From assembly GCA_001662655.1 (NCBI GenBank), contig KV460222.1: 64,000 nucleotides of DNA; one strand, 5' to 3'. Source of the stretch: Pseudogymnoascus verrucosus. Taxonomy: Eukaryota. Under the pieces are notes generated by a model. That model was not told where the DNA came from. It was given only the letters and a program-made list of their open reading frames with translations, and made no database searches. The translations under genes and the position numbers were made by a program. Shown here in pieces: positions 1-13,654 of this stretch. The number at the start of each line of letters is the position of its first letter. Within the stretch, counting starts at the first letter, position 1.

Positions 1-130
1 GGGGGTTTAGATACTATATGTTGCGCTTGTATCGTATAGTAGGGAGAAAATATTATTTTGATACTTCTTGATATTACTATTATACGCAATCTAGGTAACT
101 ATTATATAAGCTATTATCCTAACAAACGGA
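1..130. repeat. AT-rich, TpA-rich tract, probable edge of a RIP-degraded repeat continuing left of the window
   Basis: Dense TA dinucleotides and no ORF; composition shifts abruptly to normal GC at about 130. Confidence 0.35.
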
Positions 131-318
131 CCCGATTTCCACTAGAGAAGATCATCTTAATGACTTGTCTAGAGCCAGCGGCGTGGCGCCTGTGAGCTGT
201 TTTCTATTTCGTCAGAATGCCCCTGAATTGAGGAGACTAACGAGGTGAGCGGTTCGCGGGAACAAGCGGAGCCTTTAGGAAACAGGAACATTTCCAACAT
301 TTTATTCCATCGTCTATC

Positions 319-1620
319 TCATGGAATAATCTTAGCCTTTCTAAACCTATCAAACGTCATCCACCAAGACCCCTCCTCATCCAGTTCCTCCTTCATGTCC
401 CCCCAAGCTTCATGCGCCCTTCTCATATCTAGCTGTCGATCAAAATCAAACATGCTCATGATGAAATGTTGAAAGCCCCCAGAGGATCTCTCATTCCCCA
501 CGCGGCCCGTTTGCAGTCCATACTTCATCTCCAGCTCTTTCCACCGCACCATATGCTGCTCGACGTATCGTCCTGGTTGTGGTCCCGAGCCTCCAGGTGG
601 CGGCGCGGTGCCTTTGAGACCAAAGTACTCGCATATCACGGGCCACTTGTGGGACCACGACGAAGGTGTGGCACTGTCAGCGATGTTGAAGCGCCCCCCC
701 GCACTAACTTCCGGGTGCAAGCTCGCGTGGACGGCAAACTTGGCGACACTGTCTTGATTGCATTCGTTGCTCAGAATGGCCCAGCTCTTCTCAGTGCCGG
801 GGAAGGCGCACTCGGCGCCCTTGCCTTCGACGGCGACGTACAGGGCGAGATAGGTGGCCAGGGTCTGCGCGAGACAGTAGATGTTGTTGTTGGGTACGAA
901 GCCGATGATGTTGTCGGGGATGACTTCGCACCAGTTCCAGGCTTTGCCCGCCGAGAGCTTCTTTAGCGTGTCGATCTGGGCATAGTAGAACATCTGCGAG
1001 ACGTAGGGCTCGGGAATTGGGGGGAGGTCTTCGTGGAGGGGTAGGGAGTCACCGAAGGGGAACTTGTCGAGAAGGTGGACGCCGTATGTCTTGGTGCCCG
1101 TGGCCATGACGACGAATTGGAGGTTCGGGGAGAGGTTCTGGACGGCGGTTATGGCGCGCGTGAGCAGTTGGATGTTGATTTCGACCTCTTTGGCTGGGTC
1201 TTGGTCCATGATGTATGCTGCAAGAGACGGTCAGCTTTTGTCGCAGAGGTTGGGAAAGGAAGCTCGCTTCGCACCGAAGAAGTACACGTGTGTCACCTTC
1301 TCAATCCCCTTAATTCCCCTCTTCATGTCTTGCTCCAACCCGTCCTGGCCCTTAGTGGTGAGCAGATCTAGTCCACTCACGACCTGCAGGATGTCGGAGT
1401 CGGGCCATTGAGCGACTTCGCGGCTCAGCGGCCTGTTGGTCAGCGCTGTGACGGACTGGAAAGGGCTTGTATCAGGATATCCGTTAATTATAGCATTTGT
1501 GATGGCCCATCCAGTAATTCCACTCGCACCTGGACGAGGAGAGTTAGTCACGTGGACAGAACTGGAGGCGAGCGAGTGACGGGTTCACGCACCAAAAACC
1601 AAGGCATGATTCTGTGCCAT
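319..1620 (-). CDS. SirQ-like / PRISE (progesterone 5-beta-reductase-like) NAD(P)-dependent reductase, 3 exons
   Basis: ATG at 1620. Exons 1620-1593, 1529-1275 and 1217-319 joined by GT-AG introns give MAQNHALVFGASGITGW (Rossmann motif), TGTKTYG, FYYAQ and a C-terminal FDRFRKAKIIP typical of the family. Confidence 0.85.
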
Positions 1621-2571
1621 GACCCCAGTCAGTCGATTCAGTCTGCAGTTGTAGAATATAAAACGGAGCAAAGAATAACGCAAATACGGATGGATGGGAA
1701 CAAGAAACACCAATTAACTGTTTTTCGTCTCTCTCTAGGGAATTGAGGGGGAGATGTGGGCTTCTCTGGACATACTGTACTGTGCAGTAACCCATTGTAT
1801 AAATGTATGAATGTATAGATTAGTACATGCTCTCTAGCGTCTTCCAGAGCTCGCATTCCTGGTACCTGGGTGGATCGTGGGGGTAGGTCCTCCCCTGCCG
1901 CTAGCGCTAGTTGCATTTGGAGACGCTAGTATTTGCAGGGGGGAGGGGGCCGGGGGCGGCACGCACAGTCTGGATAACGTTTTCCGGGAGGAGGGACAAT
2001 GGACGGGAGTAGGGACCGGCATCAGACAAGACAGTAAGGAGTACATAGTGGAGTGAATACTTGTCATGGATGGTATCGCGTCTACTACAGTACGTAGTAT
2101 GGCAGGTCTTCGTTCTAGGTATGGATTAGAGGCATGGGCTGTAAGGCATGCACTATGGTCGGATTCATGTGGCGAGGCTGCCGCTCTGCCCAGTCCCCAG
2201 CTTCCCCGGCTTCCTCAGCTTCCCCAGATTCCATTCGTCCTCCCTCGGAGAGACTGTCTCTTTGGCACTAACAGCCTGTCACCCCGCACATTAGCCTTGG
2301 TGCGCAATGGTGCTAGAGACATGGATTTAGAGACATATGGGAAAAGGGCGCCCGACCGGCTTTCGGCTCACGAAACCCATCGAGACCTCCCCTAACACTT
2401 TCTTGTCCACGCTCAAGAGACTGGCGATTCGTGTGAGTAGTGCCGACTTTTCTCAGATATATCCCCTTCTATTCCGTGCTTTCTAACCCCCAACTCCCTC
2501 CATCTCTCAATCCACAACTATCCCCCTTTAATTCTCCATCCCCTTCCTTGTCTTCCCCTTTCATCCTCGCA

Positions 2572-4429
2572 ATGTCTGCTCAATCGATTGCTGACCATCC
2601 AAGGCGGCGCATGGATGCTCCTATCAACGCCGAGAGACACGTCAATATTATCTGTGTGGGAGCTGGCGCATCGGGCCTCTTGCTCGCGTACAAGTTACAG
2701 AAACATTTCCAGAACTTCTCCTTGACTGTCTACGAGAAGAACACGGAGGTGTCAGGCACGTGGTGGGAGAACAAATACCCCGGGTAGGTCATTATCCGTC
2801 CCGCGACCTCTCCAGCTCCCCATTCTGACTGACGCGCCTCATAGCTGTGCGTGCGATGTGCCATCCCACAACTATACTTGGAGTTTTGAGCCAAAACTAG
2901 ACTGGTCCGGCGTCTACGCTGGTAGCCAGGAGATTTTTGCATATTTCAACGACTTCTCCCGCAAATACGGCCTAGGTAAATATATCAAGACCGAGCATCT
3001 CGTCTCCGGTGCCCACTGGAACCACCAGAAGGGCGGATATGATGTGACGGCCAAGGACCTGAAAACCGGCAAGGAGGTCCACGATCACTGCGACATCCTC
3101 ATTAATGCCAGCGGAATTTTGAACAACTGGAGGTGGCCAGCAATTCCAGGTCTTGACAAGTACAAGGGAAAGCTCCTGCACACAGCCAATTGGGACGATA
3201 CTGTCTCGCTCGACGGCAAGCACGTCGGTCTTATCGGTAATGGGTAGGTCGAATACTAATTCCAGACAAGAGAAATTACTGACAGAACTAGATCCTCCGG
3301 TATCCAGGTCCTTCCAGCCATCCGCGAGAAGGTTAGCCACGTGACCACGTTCATCCGTGAGCCAACATGGGTTTCACCAGTCCAAGGTCTAGAAGGTCAT
3401 GTTTACTCTCCGGAGGAGCTCCACGACTTTGCAACAAAGCCAGGAACCCTCACTGAATACCGCAAAAACATCGAGCGCGGTCTGAACGGCCAATTCGGCA
3501 TCTTCCTGAAGGGTGCGCAACCAAACGTTGACACCAGGAAATACATGCTTGAGCAAATGAAAGAGAAGATCAACAACAAATATCTTGAGGAGAAGCTCAT
3601 TCCAGACTGGTCCGTTGGATGCCGAAGACTTACACCTGGCATCAACTACCTCGAGTCGCTCACTAAGCCGAACGTCACTGTCGTCTATGGCGAAATCAAC
3701 GAGGTCACCGAGAAGGGCTGCCTCAGCGATGACGGCCAGGAATACCCTGTCGATGTCCTCATATGCGCCACCGGCTTTGACACCACCTTCAAACCACGCT
3801 TTCCTCTCATCGCTCCCAACGGCAAGAATCTGCAAGATGTCTGGTCGGGGGAGCCGCAATCATACCTCGGACTCGGTGCTGCCGGATTCCCCAACTACAT
3901 GATCTTCGTCGGCCCCAACTCACCAATCGGCAACGGGCCGGTGTTATCGGCGATCGAGGCCCAGGCAGATTACATGCTGAAGATGATCGACCGTTTCCAG
4001 TCCCAGAATATCACCACCTTCGCTCCCCGCCAAGAGGCCGTCGACGACTTCATCAACTTCAAGAACGAATTCATGACCAAGACCGTATGGTTCGATCCTT
4101 GCCGCTCGTGGTACAAAGCTGGACCAGACGCTCCCATCACGGCGCTTTGGCCTGGATCGACGCTCCACTACATCGAGGCGCTCATGGAGCCCCGCATCGA
4201 CGATTGGGAAATCAAGTATGCGGGTAACAGATTCACGTATCTGGGTAATGGATACAGCCAGACAGAATTGGACCCGACTGCCGACTGGGGGTACTATATC
4301 AGAGACCACGACGACGATGGGCCATTAAGCACAGGCGGAAAGAGGAAGCTGATTTCGAAGAGTGGGACGATGGCTGGTAATTCCGGTGTTGTTTTTTCGG
4401 GCTATAAGGAGGAGAAGGCGCAATTGTAA
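2572..4429 (+). CDS. Flavin-binding monooxygenase, Baeyer-Villiger/FMO type, 3 exons
   Basis: GAGASG FAD motif, WWENKYPG-CACDVP across an intron (about 2784-2843), BVMO-like fingerprint YKGKLLHTANWD, GNG-SSG NADP motif across the second intron, ATGF motif. Confidence 0.9.
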
Positions 4430-5822
4430 ACATGTTATATATCTATCGATTTGAAGAATTTGTATATAGGCAAGAGGTCAATGTTGAATAGATTTGGTTA
4501 TTGAGTAGGAAGATAATGAGAATGCACCTGTATGACTTGACCTGTTGGCCACAGCAACAGTTAAACCTTCTGTCCACATTGCAGCGCTCTCAGTTCTTGC
4601 CTTCTCCTGACAACGGGCAAACTTTCTCCCATCACCTCCCATGCCTTTTACCACCTAAGGGTAATATGATCTTGTAAATATGTCAAAGACTTAGGGTTTT
4701 CCGATTTTAGAGAAGCATGGGCAGGAACAGGATCCGCGGACTTAGTTACCCTACGCCGCTATTCGGGGATGGTGTCAGAGCATGTGTCTTTGTGCTTACT
4801 CAAACTACAATCTACACTCCTACAAACTCGTAAGCTAACTATAATACATTCGATTGCAATGCACACGTGCAGCTCTAGTAGCAGTTTTTAGGAAAACGCG
4901 GGTCCGAGTACAGCCCTCGTTACCTTCTTTTTGGACAACTGTTCAATAAATGGCAGGTATCTCATTCAGACGCTGAACATCTCCGTGGCGGTTGCAACGT
5001 ATATCAGCTCCTCCATTTAACTTTTCATGGCTCGCCTTTGTTTGACTACGAAGGTGATGGGCCTCGATGCGTAGTTCTTGATATGACGAGGCTCAAGAGG
5101 TGTGAGATTAACGCGTCTACTTTCTGTTTACTTTCAATAGACGCGTATATCCAGATGGAGTACCCACCATTCGCGACCAAGGCGCTCCGACCGAAACTCG
5201 CCGTCAGCGAAGCTACGACAGAGATCGCCTTAGCCGTCTCCTCTTGTAGTAACACGCGTCATGTCACAATGGCTGTGACTTCGTCCAATGAAACTCGGCA
5301 CAGGCCGGAGAAGTGTATCCGGCCAGGTGAAGGGCCTCGGTAGGGCGCGGGCGGGGATAACTTAGGCCCACGCCCCAGATTTCCCCGCAATCTAGGTCCA
5401 ACTAGCAGATTTTGGCAGGGACCGTTGGCACGGGCCAGGCAATTCGGGTGGGAAAAGGCAGACTATCGATAATAGATAGATCAAGTGCACATTATATTGT
5501 GGCTGCCGCATGGAACACGCAGGCTTCTCCGCACTCGCGTATGTCACACTGTGCAATTCCGCACAGCCCCGCCTGCACAATGCCCCATAACCCCGCACGA
5601 TACATGAGAAAAAGTACATGCGTCCATCCAGGAGCTTCGGGCTTCCATTACCCAACATCTACCGCTCAAATCGTCTCCTTTTATCATATTGAGCATAAGT
5701 CATAGACGGGCTTATTATCAGCAACATCCAACCCCATATTACGTTGCTCTTTTCCTTAGCTGTAACCGATCTTGTCATCTACAACGTCTGTGCTTTATCA
5801 GATCTTAATAACTTCTTCAGCT

Positions 5823-6624
5823 ATGTTTAATATATATGGTAATGTCCAGTTTGTACCTGGAAAGTATGACGCTGTGAGTTTTTCTCCTTAACATCAACCC
5901 GTTCGGCCCGTTACGTTCTATCGGAATCATTGCCTAACGTGAATATTCAGTGGCAAAATGCCTACGACAAGCTCGCCACGTACGTCGCCGACGCGGAGAG
6001 GAACTCGACCTTGACATATTACTTTGGCGTCCCCGTCGAGTTTGAAGGAAACCATTCTGCAACGCCCCACATGCTTGCATTTGAGGTTTACAATACCCGC
6101 GAGGTAATTTGGCATCCAATGAAACCCCCCTAGAGCCGCGGAAGTGACTTTGTGATACCGCACAGGATTTATACGATACACATCTCAAATCCCCAGCCAT
6201 GGGGGAATTCCTCGTCACCGTGCCTGATTCCATGTCCACCGGCCTGGACCTCACGCATTACACAGAGACGTCAGGTTTCCTAGATAAGTCGACGAATTGC
6301 CGTGAATGCAAAATTATCTACGACACGCAGATCGTGTGCAACAGCGCTCAGGACCGCGACACCATTTTGGCAAAGCTAGCCGCGGTGGCGAAACATGCAG
6401 AAGAGAAAGAGGAGGATACGTACACATTTTTAGTGCAGAAGAGTTTGGATAATGAGACGCACGTGAGGATTTTTGAGAGGTACGCGAGCTGGGCGGCTAT
6501 GGAGTCGCATCAGAAGTCGTCGGTGTTGGTTAATTTTTGGTTGGGCTCGAAGGGGGAGATTAAAAGTATGGAAGGCAGGCCATATGTGCCGAATAACAAG
6601 GGGTGGCTGCACCATAGGGTTTAG
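5823..6624 (+). CDS. Tandem ABM (antibiotic biosynthesis monooxygenase-like, dimeric alpha-beta barrel) protein, 3 exons
   Basis: Exons 5823-5873, 5951-6102 and 6166-6624 splice in frame via GT-AG introns. Two repeats of the E-x-x-T-x-x-Y ... FE-x-Y ... H pattern (ERNSTLTYY/FEVYNTRE and EEDTYTFL/FERYASW). Confidence 0.75.
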
Positions 6625-7108
6625 AGGTTGATATGGTATGTAGATTCTGAAACGGCAAGCACGTACGCTGTTCAGACTTTGTTTGTTCACCAGATCATGT
6701 TGTAGTGTGACCTTATGAGCCCACAATATTAAAAATTACCTGCACAGCAAAGTATTGCGTGTGTTGCGTATGGGGCTGGATCTGTGTGAACTATATATTT
6801 CTATCCAAGGAGAATTTCATGAATACTCTTTGTCTATTAGTGCAGTACTGGAAACCTCATGAGGAAACCAGCCCTTCAGTAGCGAACAGACTTGTGGACA
6901 GCTTCATTGAACAGGGTATGTCTGGATTGTTATTGGGCAATAAGAGGTGAAATAAATAATACTCTACGAGTGGCTATATCATGCTGTCGACTGCAACCGC
7001 ACAAGGTAGCGAAAAAGAAATCTCGATACGCCTACTTCCGTGTCTCAATCTTGGAGATATGCTTGTTATGTAGACCTTGGATAAAAGGACTCGCTATACT
7101 GCTTTAAA

Positions 7109-7982
7109 CTAACAGTTCCAGCCGCCATCAATAGAGTAGACAACACCGGTGATGAATGAGGACGCATCGCTCAACAAGAACGCAATCAAATTCGCCGCCT
7201 CCTCCGGTGTCCCATGCCTCGGTAATGGCGTGTCGAACTTAACACCAACGCCGCCATTGATATCCAACGATGTCTTCAACATAGGTGTTGCGATCGCGCC
7301 TCTGTCCTCACATCAGCAAGTATCTCCGTAATTAGAAGTGCATAGACGGAAACTTACGGCGCTATGCAGTTAACTCTGATTCCTTGATTGCCAACTTCCT
7401 TCGCCGCCGATCGCGAGAGTCCAATTACGCCATGTTTGCTCGCGGAGTAAGCGGCGTTCTTAGCAAAGCCCTCGATGCCGGCAATACTAGCTGCGTTGAC
7501 AATGGAGCCGTTGTTGGCCATGACTCTGAGCTCGCCGCGCATGCAATACATGAGACCTTTCAGGTTGACATCCATCACGAAATCCCACTCGTCGCTATCA
7601 AAGTCCTTAACCTATTTTGCAAACGGTGCTCAGCTACTCTCCTGGGTATGTTACACATTGGGGAGAGGCTCACGCTCATCAGACCGATCGACTTCCCAAT
7701 CACGCCTGCCAGGTTGGCAGCTGCATCGAGTTTCCCGCCCCACTTGACCGTCTCATCGATCCAGGCGTCAACCGTCTCGGCCTTGCGCACGTCAATGGTC
7801 TTGGTGAAGACGTCGCCGTGGCCGGCATCTTTAATCTCCTTTGCGACGGCGTCGAGGGCCTCTTGTTGGAGATCTCCGATAGAGACTTTGGCGCCGAGAG
7901 AGGCGAGGAGCTTCACTGTTGCGCGGCCGATGCCGGATGCGCCCCCGGTGACGGCGATGACTTTGCCTTCGAAATTCATCAT
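7109..7982 (-). CDS. Classical short-chain dehydrogenase/reductase, 3 exons
   Basis: [16 protein letters not shown], catalytic [14 protein letters not shown] and terminal IDGGWNC-stop; two GT-AG introns. Confidence 0.9.
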
Positions 7983-8888
7983 GTTGTGTTTGAGATATGG
8001 AGATTGGGGAGAATCTGAAATTATAGACGTCAGATGAAAGGATACCAAGTCACTTAGGGTATCACCGAGACCTTAAGGACGAAACAAATAAACAATTATG
8101 TTCAAGCGCCCCATCCCTATGCGTAGAGAGGAATGGATATACGGAACCGAACAGTATAATGCGCAGGGTAAACAGTAAGCTCTTGCCCGTGTTACCAAAT
8201 TAATGTGGTCTTCTCGTCACCTACCCCGCATCCCCACACCTTAGTAGAAGCCAATATTCGTCACTCAAAACTGTCAGCGACGGAAACAGAAACGGGAAAT
8301 CTTTTCCTGTGATTCAGAATTTCTAGTTGTTTTCCCCAACCAAGCCATCCGTACTCGTAGTTTTAGATTGGCCTGTGATTTAGTACATTTAACTAGATTT
8401 AGCTTATAAGCGCACCGAAATGCAAAGTTGAATAGGACATGCACTTGCAATCCTTCGGCTAGTATTTTCCAATACTCCGAGTTTATTGAATGACTTTACC
8501 CGGCTCCCTATATAGCATGTTTTCATTCGCTTTAGCAGGAGCGTCGAGAACGAGCATCTTTAGCATCTTTAGTTGGCTGTCGTAGTAATCAAACAGCACT
8601 GTGGCGAGTGAGACCATTGCAGTCCTGCAAACAATGAAATAATTATGAAACCGAAGAGCCAATGAACGTAGCAAGGACAAGGGTAGATTGTAGATGCGGC
8701 AGTGGCGTTCTATATATAATTCCTCCTAAAGAATGAGAGGCCATTATCACATCAAATCGTTTGAATTCGTACCCTATTCTTCGACCATGACATATATACA
8801 TGAACTGCATCTTCATCTGAGGGACCCTGTTACGTCATGGAAGACAGGAACGCAATCGACCCTCCTTCTGAGTTACTGGATAATCTCC

Positions 8889-9326
8889 TCACATCGCACT
8901 TTTGATATACATAGGATCGACTCTCGAAACCATAATTCTCACGCCCTTGCCCGGATGTATTATCAAGGCCCCATCCGGCCCCAAAATATCCCTTGCCTCA
9001 TCGCTCGTCGCAAACACTAGATAGTCCTCCCAAGACTTCACGTACATCTCTGAGCATGCATCCCATTCGAATTCCACGAGCGGGAGGCCCAGCTCAGCGG
9101 CCTTCTTGGTCAACGACTTGTCGTTGTGAATTTGTGTGTATTGCTGTATTTGAGCTTCGCGGAATGCCTTGGTGGCAATGGCAAGGCGACCATGCGTGTC
9201 GCGCCAGTGAGACTCAAATTGGGACTGCGACATTGAGGGAATCTTAGTGAAGAAGAAGCTGATGCGGATCAGACGGTTGGTGGGGCGAGGGAGGACATTC
9301 AGAGGCGCGTTTGCGGAGGCTACCAT
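8889..9326 (-). CDS. EthD-domain protein
   Basis: 145 aa intronless ORF with MSQSQFESHWRDTHG, YTQIH and WDACSEM motifs characteristic of fungal EthD proteins. Confidence 0.75.
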   Translation of the reverse strand: MVASANAPLNVLPRPTNRLIRISFFFTKIPSMSQSQFESHWRDTHGRLAIATKAFREAQIQQYTQIHNDKSLTKKAAELGLPLVEFEWDACSEMYVKSWEDYLVFATSDEARDILGPDGALIIHPGKGVRIMVSRVDPMYIKSAM

Positions 9327-10222
9327 TGCGGTGGAGAGATGACTTGCTCGGTGGGGCTTAATAAAATGGTGCAGGATAGGGAGCTGCCTTGCAGTGCAAT
9401 TGAAGCAGAACCTGTCTATTTACAGTTTATAGCAAGGTATTAGCTTGCAACATTGGAAGGCTATCGACCTCCTTTGCCCAGCTGTTATTCACGTGATCAA
9501 AAACTGATACCGGTAGACGTTTTCCGCTGTTAGAGAATGAGGAACTTATTATGGGGAAGGGGTGGGATTATTAAATAGTGTTGTGGTTGGAGAAACTCCG
9601 AAATTCCGGAATATGAGGAAAAGATGAAGATGGCCTATGTCGCATTGCGAGCTTGCTGAGGTATGGTGGCATTCCTATATTGTATCTGTTACAATACGTT
9701 TATTACAGCGTATAATCGAGTCTCAATGAATGGTGCTGCAATAAGATCAAACTGACGTTCGTTATACGTGTTGGAAGCAACAGTCTTGGGGCTTAAATTT
9801 CTTCAACGGGACTACGTCGGATTCATGTCTCACATACCCCAAGGCGCTAAAAACATTTCGCATCGCCGCCTACGGAAAAGCAATCCCATGCACAGACAGT
9901 ACAACATGAGGGGTATTATGCTAGAAGATATTTCCTTCTCCGCATCTTAGACAGCCCGCCACCTTGTAGGTTTATTCCTAATGGGGCTAAACTTGGTAAT
10001 ATCATACTGCGACCCAGTCATCTCTCAATAACATATGAAAATATGGGCCCTGATACTAGAGTTTGTCTACTGTGTCCAAATAATGTGGTGGGGTAGTCAT
10101 CGCGGAGCTGGGCGATATGTCTTTCTTGCCAGTCTCCATCAGTAGATTTCTCCAACAATTGCTCAATTTGTATCCTTCTCTTCCTAAACTACGAATCCTC
10201 TGCCATACTATAACCTGTCAAG

Positions 10223-11460
10223 ATGACAATGGACGACAGCCCTATCGGAGGCGTTGTGAATAAGCCCGGACAAGCAAATGGCAGCGAAAAGTGCCCAAAA
10301 GCGGAAACAGTTCGCACTCGGCCCTGGAAAAGGCGGTCTTCCAAAGCCTGTACGAGTTGTAGGGTGAGGAAAGTAAGATGCGACCTTCTGCTGTTAGGAA
10401 AGTCGCCCTGTTCAAATTGCAAGCACGACGAGATTGATTGCTGTTTGCCACCACCAAAGAGGAGAAGACGGTATGTGTCCAACACTCTAAGAAGCCGCTC
10501 TCAAGCAGTCGTGTGAATGTCAGCTGATACGGGATACAGACTCACCGAGATGATGCCGGAAGAAGTTGTTTCGCAAATCGATACTAAGTCGAGCCCCGAA
10601 GTCGACTGCGCTGCCGGTCTTGATGTCTTGGATGCCTTTAGTCCCGCCAATATCCAAGAGTGGCAGCGCCTTTCCTTGGAATTCCCGGATTTCGACGAGC
10701 AACCCTCCAAGATGGACGACTCCACTATGGAAATGCCAATTATGAGCTGGGACCATTTCGAGGAACAACTCCAACCATCACCGATTTCAGATCTTCCAGA
10801 GCAAATTGCGTCGTCTTGGGACGATTTCAGACCCGAGACTCAGCAAATATTAGCACACGCTAATCCACTTCCAACGCCAACATCTCCATCATCCCTCTAT
10901 TCAGACTCTACCGAACGCAGTCGGATATCTCGCCAACCAGTGTCTGAGTTTGCCAAGATCTTTCATGCCAAGATTGAGCGGGATGTACATGAATATCTTC
11001 AGCGGATGGAGTCAAAGATCAAGCACGATATACATGAATACATGCAGCGAATAGAGGTTCTCTCTGTGCCACAACAGCCACTTCAGGATGCTCTTTTAAA
11101 ATCATACATAGAGTTTGTTCATGGGCACTTCCCCCTGATTGATCCCCTGATTGATTAGTGGGAGTTGTTAGATTTGGCGGGGAATAGTTATCGACAGGAT
11201 AGGCAGATTAGCGTTATTACTCTTTCTAACTGTGACGTTTGCTGGCCCAAGTTAGGTGCACATGCGTAAGCTCAAGGACGCTATAGGCAAGTTGCATGAA
11301 TAGGCCTATAAAGTTTTAAATCAAGCGTATTGGGGTGAGTCTCATACATTCTGCTTACCTCCCTGGTCACTGTCGCCGATATAAATATAGTCATTGTACG
11401 ATTTGAATTACAATACTAATTAGATTTAGGTAATCTAAGCTCTGTTACTCGTGATATCTT
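10223..11460 (+). pseudogene. Zn2Cys6 transcription factor (CTF1/FarB-like), pseudogenised in the fungal TF middle domain
   Basis: Intact CTSCRVRKVRC...CSNC...C cluster and intron 10472-10538. A 12-bp tandem duplication (11132-11155) is followed by TAG at 11156-11158. Downstream relics: frameshifted IS/LLLFLTVTFAG and LYDLNYNTN*I*VI*ALLL (11391-11450). Confidence 0.8.
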
Positions 11461-11744
11461 CGAAAAATTAATGTCCAGAGGGAAGGTGTTTTTGCTAAGT
11501 TTTAATTGATATCTCTTAAATGTGATTGGATTATAATGATAATAATGCGTGGGCGTGTTCAAGTGAAGCTTTCGTTTGTCTAGGGACTATATATCTACAT
11601 TGTCGAATAAGTTTCTCTAGATGAAAATTTAAATTTAAATGTATGTTCAATTCTTATTAGTATACGTACGTAATAGTAAAAGGGGGCATCTGCTGCAGTC
11701 TAATGACTACATATAACATTGTGTCTGATCTAGGCATTTAGCCC

Positions 11745-13654
11745 CTACACATCCTCCACATGCGCATGCCTAGTTTTCTCCTCCCTTGCACCTTCAATCT
11801 CGCCATTCCCACCCTTATGCAGCACTGTCGCAACCATGCTCGTCATCTTATCATCTACATTTGGACAGAAGAAGCTCAGGACCAGCGCCACGCCACTGAA
11901 CGCGATTGTCGATAGGAAGACCGTCCGGTACGCCATTGCACTCGCATTCTTGTATGCTGCAACACCTATTTCAGTGATCTGAGGGGTAAGACCTTTAATA
12001 CCCTCGAATGAGCCTGTGGTCATAGCCTCGATGAAGGACGCGACTGAGGAGGCAGGGAGGCCGGCATTTATGAGCGCAGGAGGGACTTGTGCAGGGATGG
12101 TCGCGCCGAGACGGTTGGTTAGGATCGCCACGTATATAGTTGAGGCGACGGTCGAGATGGCTGATCTCACAGTCCCGGCGATGCCAACCGCGGTTCCGAT
12201 CTCAGATTGATCCTTGATAACGATGCCGGACATTGCTAGACCGATACTCTCAACCCAGCCTACGAAGAAGCAGCCTACAATGAGAAGACCGATCACAGTG
12301 TCCTTGTTGTCCGTTGTTGCACAGGCAACGCCACCGAGGAGGCCGGTGAAGGCCGTAGTCGAAACAACGAGCTGCCACTTCTGCTTCCCGATCCATTTTG
12401 ATAGGAGGCCGCCAACGATTTGGCCCATGACAATACAAGCACCAACGATGCAGGAAAGAGCCGAGCCGTAGGCCTTATCCTCGGTATAGAGACCAAAGAC
12501 CATCTGTGGGAAGATGATGGAGAAGGCATAGTAGACAGAAGCACCGAGGGAGATGAGGATAATGGTTGCGTCCCAGCCTGAATTTGGAGTCAGGTCAGTC
12601 TATTGTCATCGGAAGAGACGGGGATGGCTCGCGCAGAAAAGAGACCGTCTTACCGATGTCCTTGAACAAATGCATCGGCATCAAGGGTTCCTTCGGGTTT
12701 GCCATCGTTTCCCAGAGCACAAACGCAACGCATGCTACAAACCCAACGACCAGAGTACTGATAACATGAGCCGAATTCCAAGGGTGCACCCCACCACCCC
12801 ATGAAAGTCCCATGAGGAAGATAAGAAGTCCACCTGAGAAGAGGATAAATCCCACAAAGTCGAAATTCTTCACCATCTCCCATCTGGTTGTGGTGCGATT
12901 CTTCATATAGAAAGTCGGTGGATGATAGAAGAAATACCAGCAGAGGGCGCCGAGGCCGTTAACAATTATCATTAGATAATAACACCAACGCCAGCCTGCT
13001 TTCGTGTGAAGTACAAAGGCGTATGCCACAAGTGGTCCGAGACCAGAGAATGGAATAGACCATACGTATACAAACGCATTTGCCATGAAGCGGTATTCCA
13101 TTGGGACGAGTTCTCCGACAACAAAGGTAAATGATAATTGGGTTGATGCAGCAAGTCCGATGAGAGTAGTACCACCGATTACCATCGGGATGTTAGTCGC
13201 AACTGCGCAAATGATACAGCCGATGAGGGCGAGAATACTCCCCGAGATAAAAAACCAGCGTCGACCAAAGAGATCAGAAAGACGACCGACGAGAGTCTGG
13301 CCAATGGCAAGAGTAAGGGTGTAGACCAGGCCGATCCAGACGTAGTTGGGGTCGGGACCGATATCTGCATTGATGATGCCCAGAAGAGGGGCTGCCAGAG
13401 CAAAACCACCGACGCCCTGTAACATATTGTCAATAATCAATTCAGGCCTATTGAGTTGGTGATCAACGTACTCCAGCTATCGCAAGCCCAGATGCAACCA
13501 TTGTCCCAAGAAAGTAAGTGCTGGTAAAGTATCCTGGGGGCAGAGAACTTGTATCGTGGGACAGCACAATTTCCTCGTCAGACGAGAACTTATGGACGAC
13601 CGGGCTTTCGACGGCCGAGCCATGGCCGATGTGGCCTGGTTTTTCGGAAACCAT
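11745..13654 (-). CDS. MFS drug:H+ antiporter, fungal trichothecene efflux pump (Tri12)-like, 3 exons
   Basis: LPPGYFTSTYFLGT, INADIGPDPNYVW, GRLSDLFGRRWF, GWRWCYY and FFYHPP motifs; many TM segments; ATG at 13654. Confidence 0.9.
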
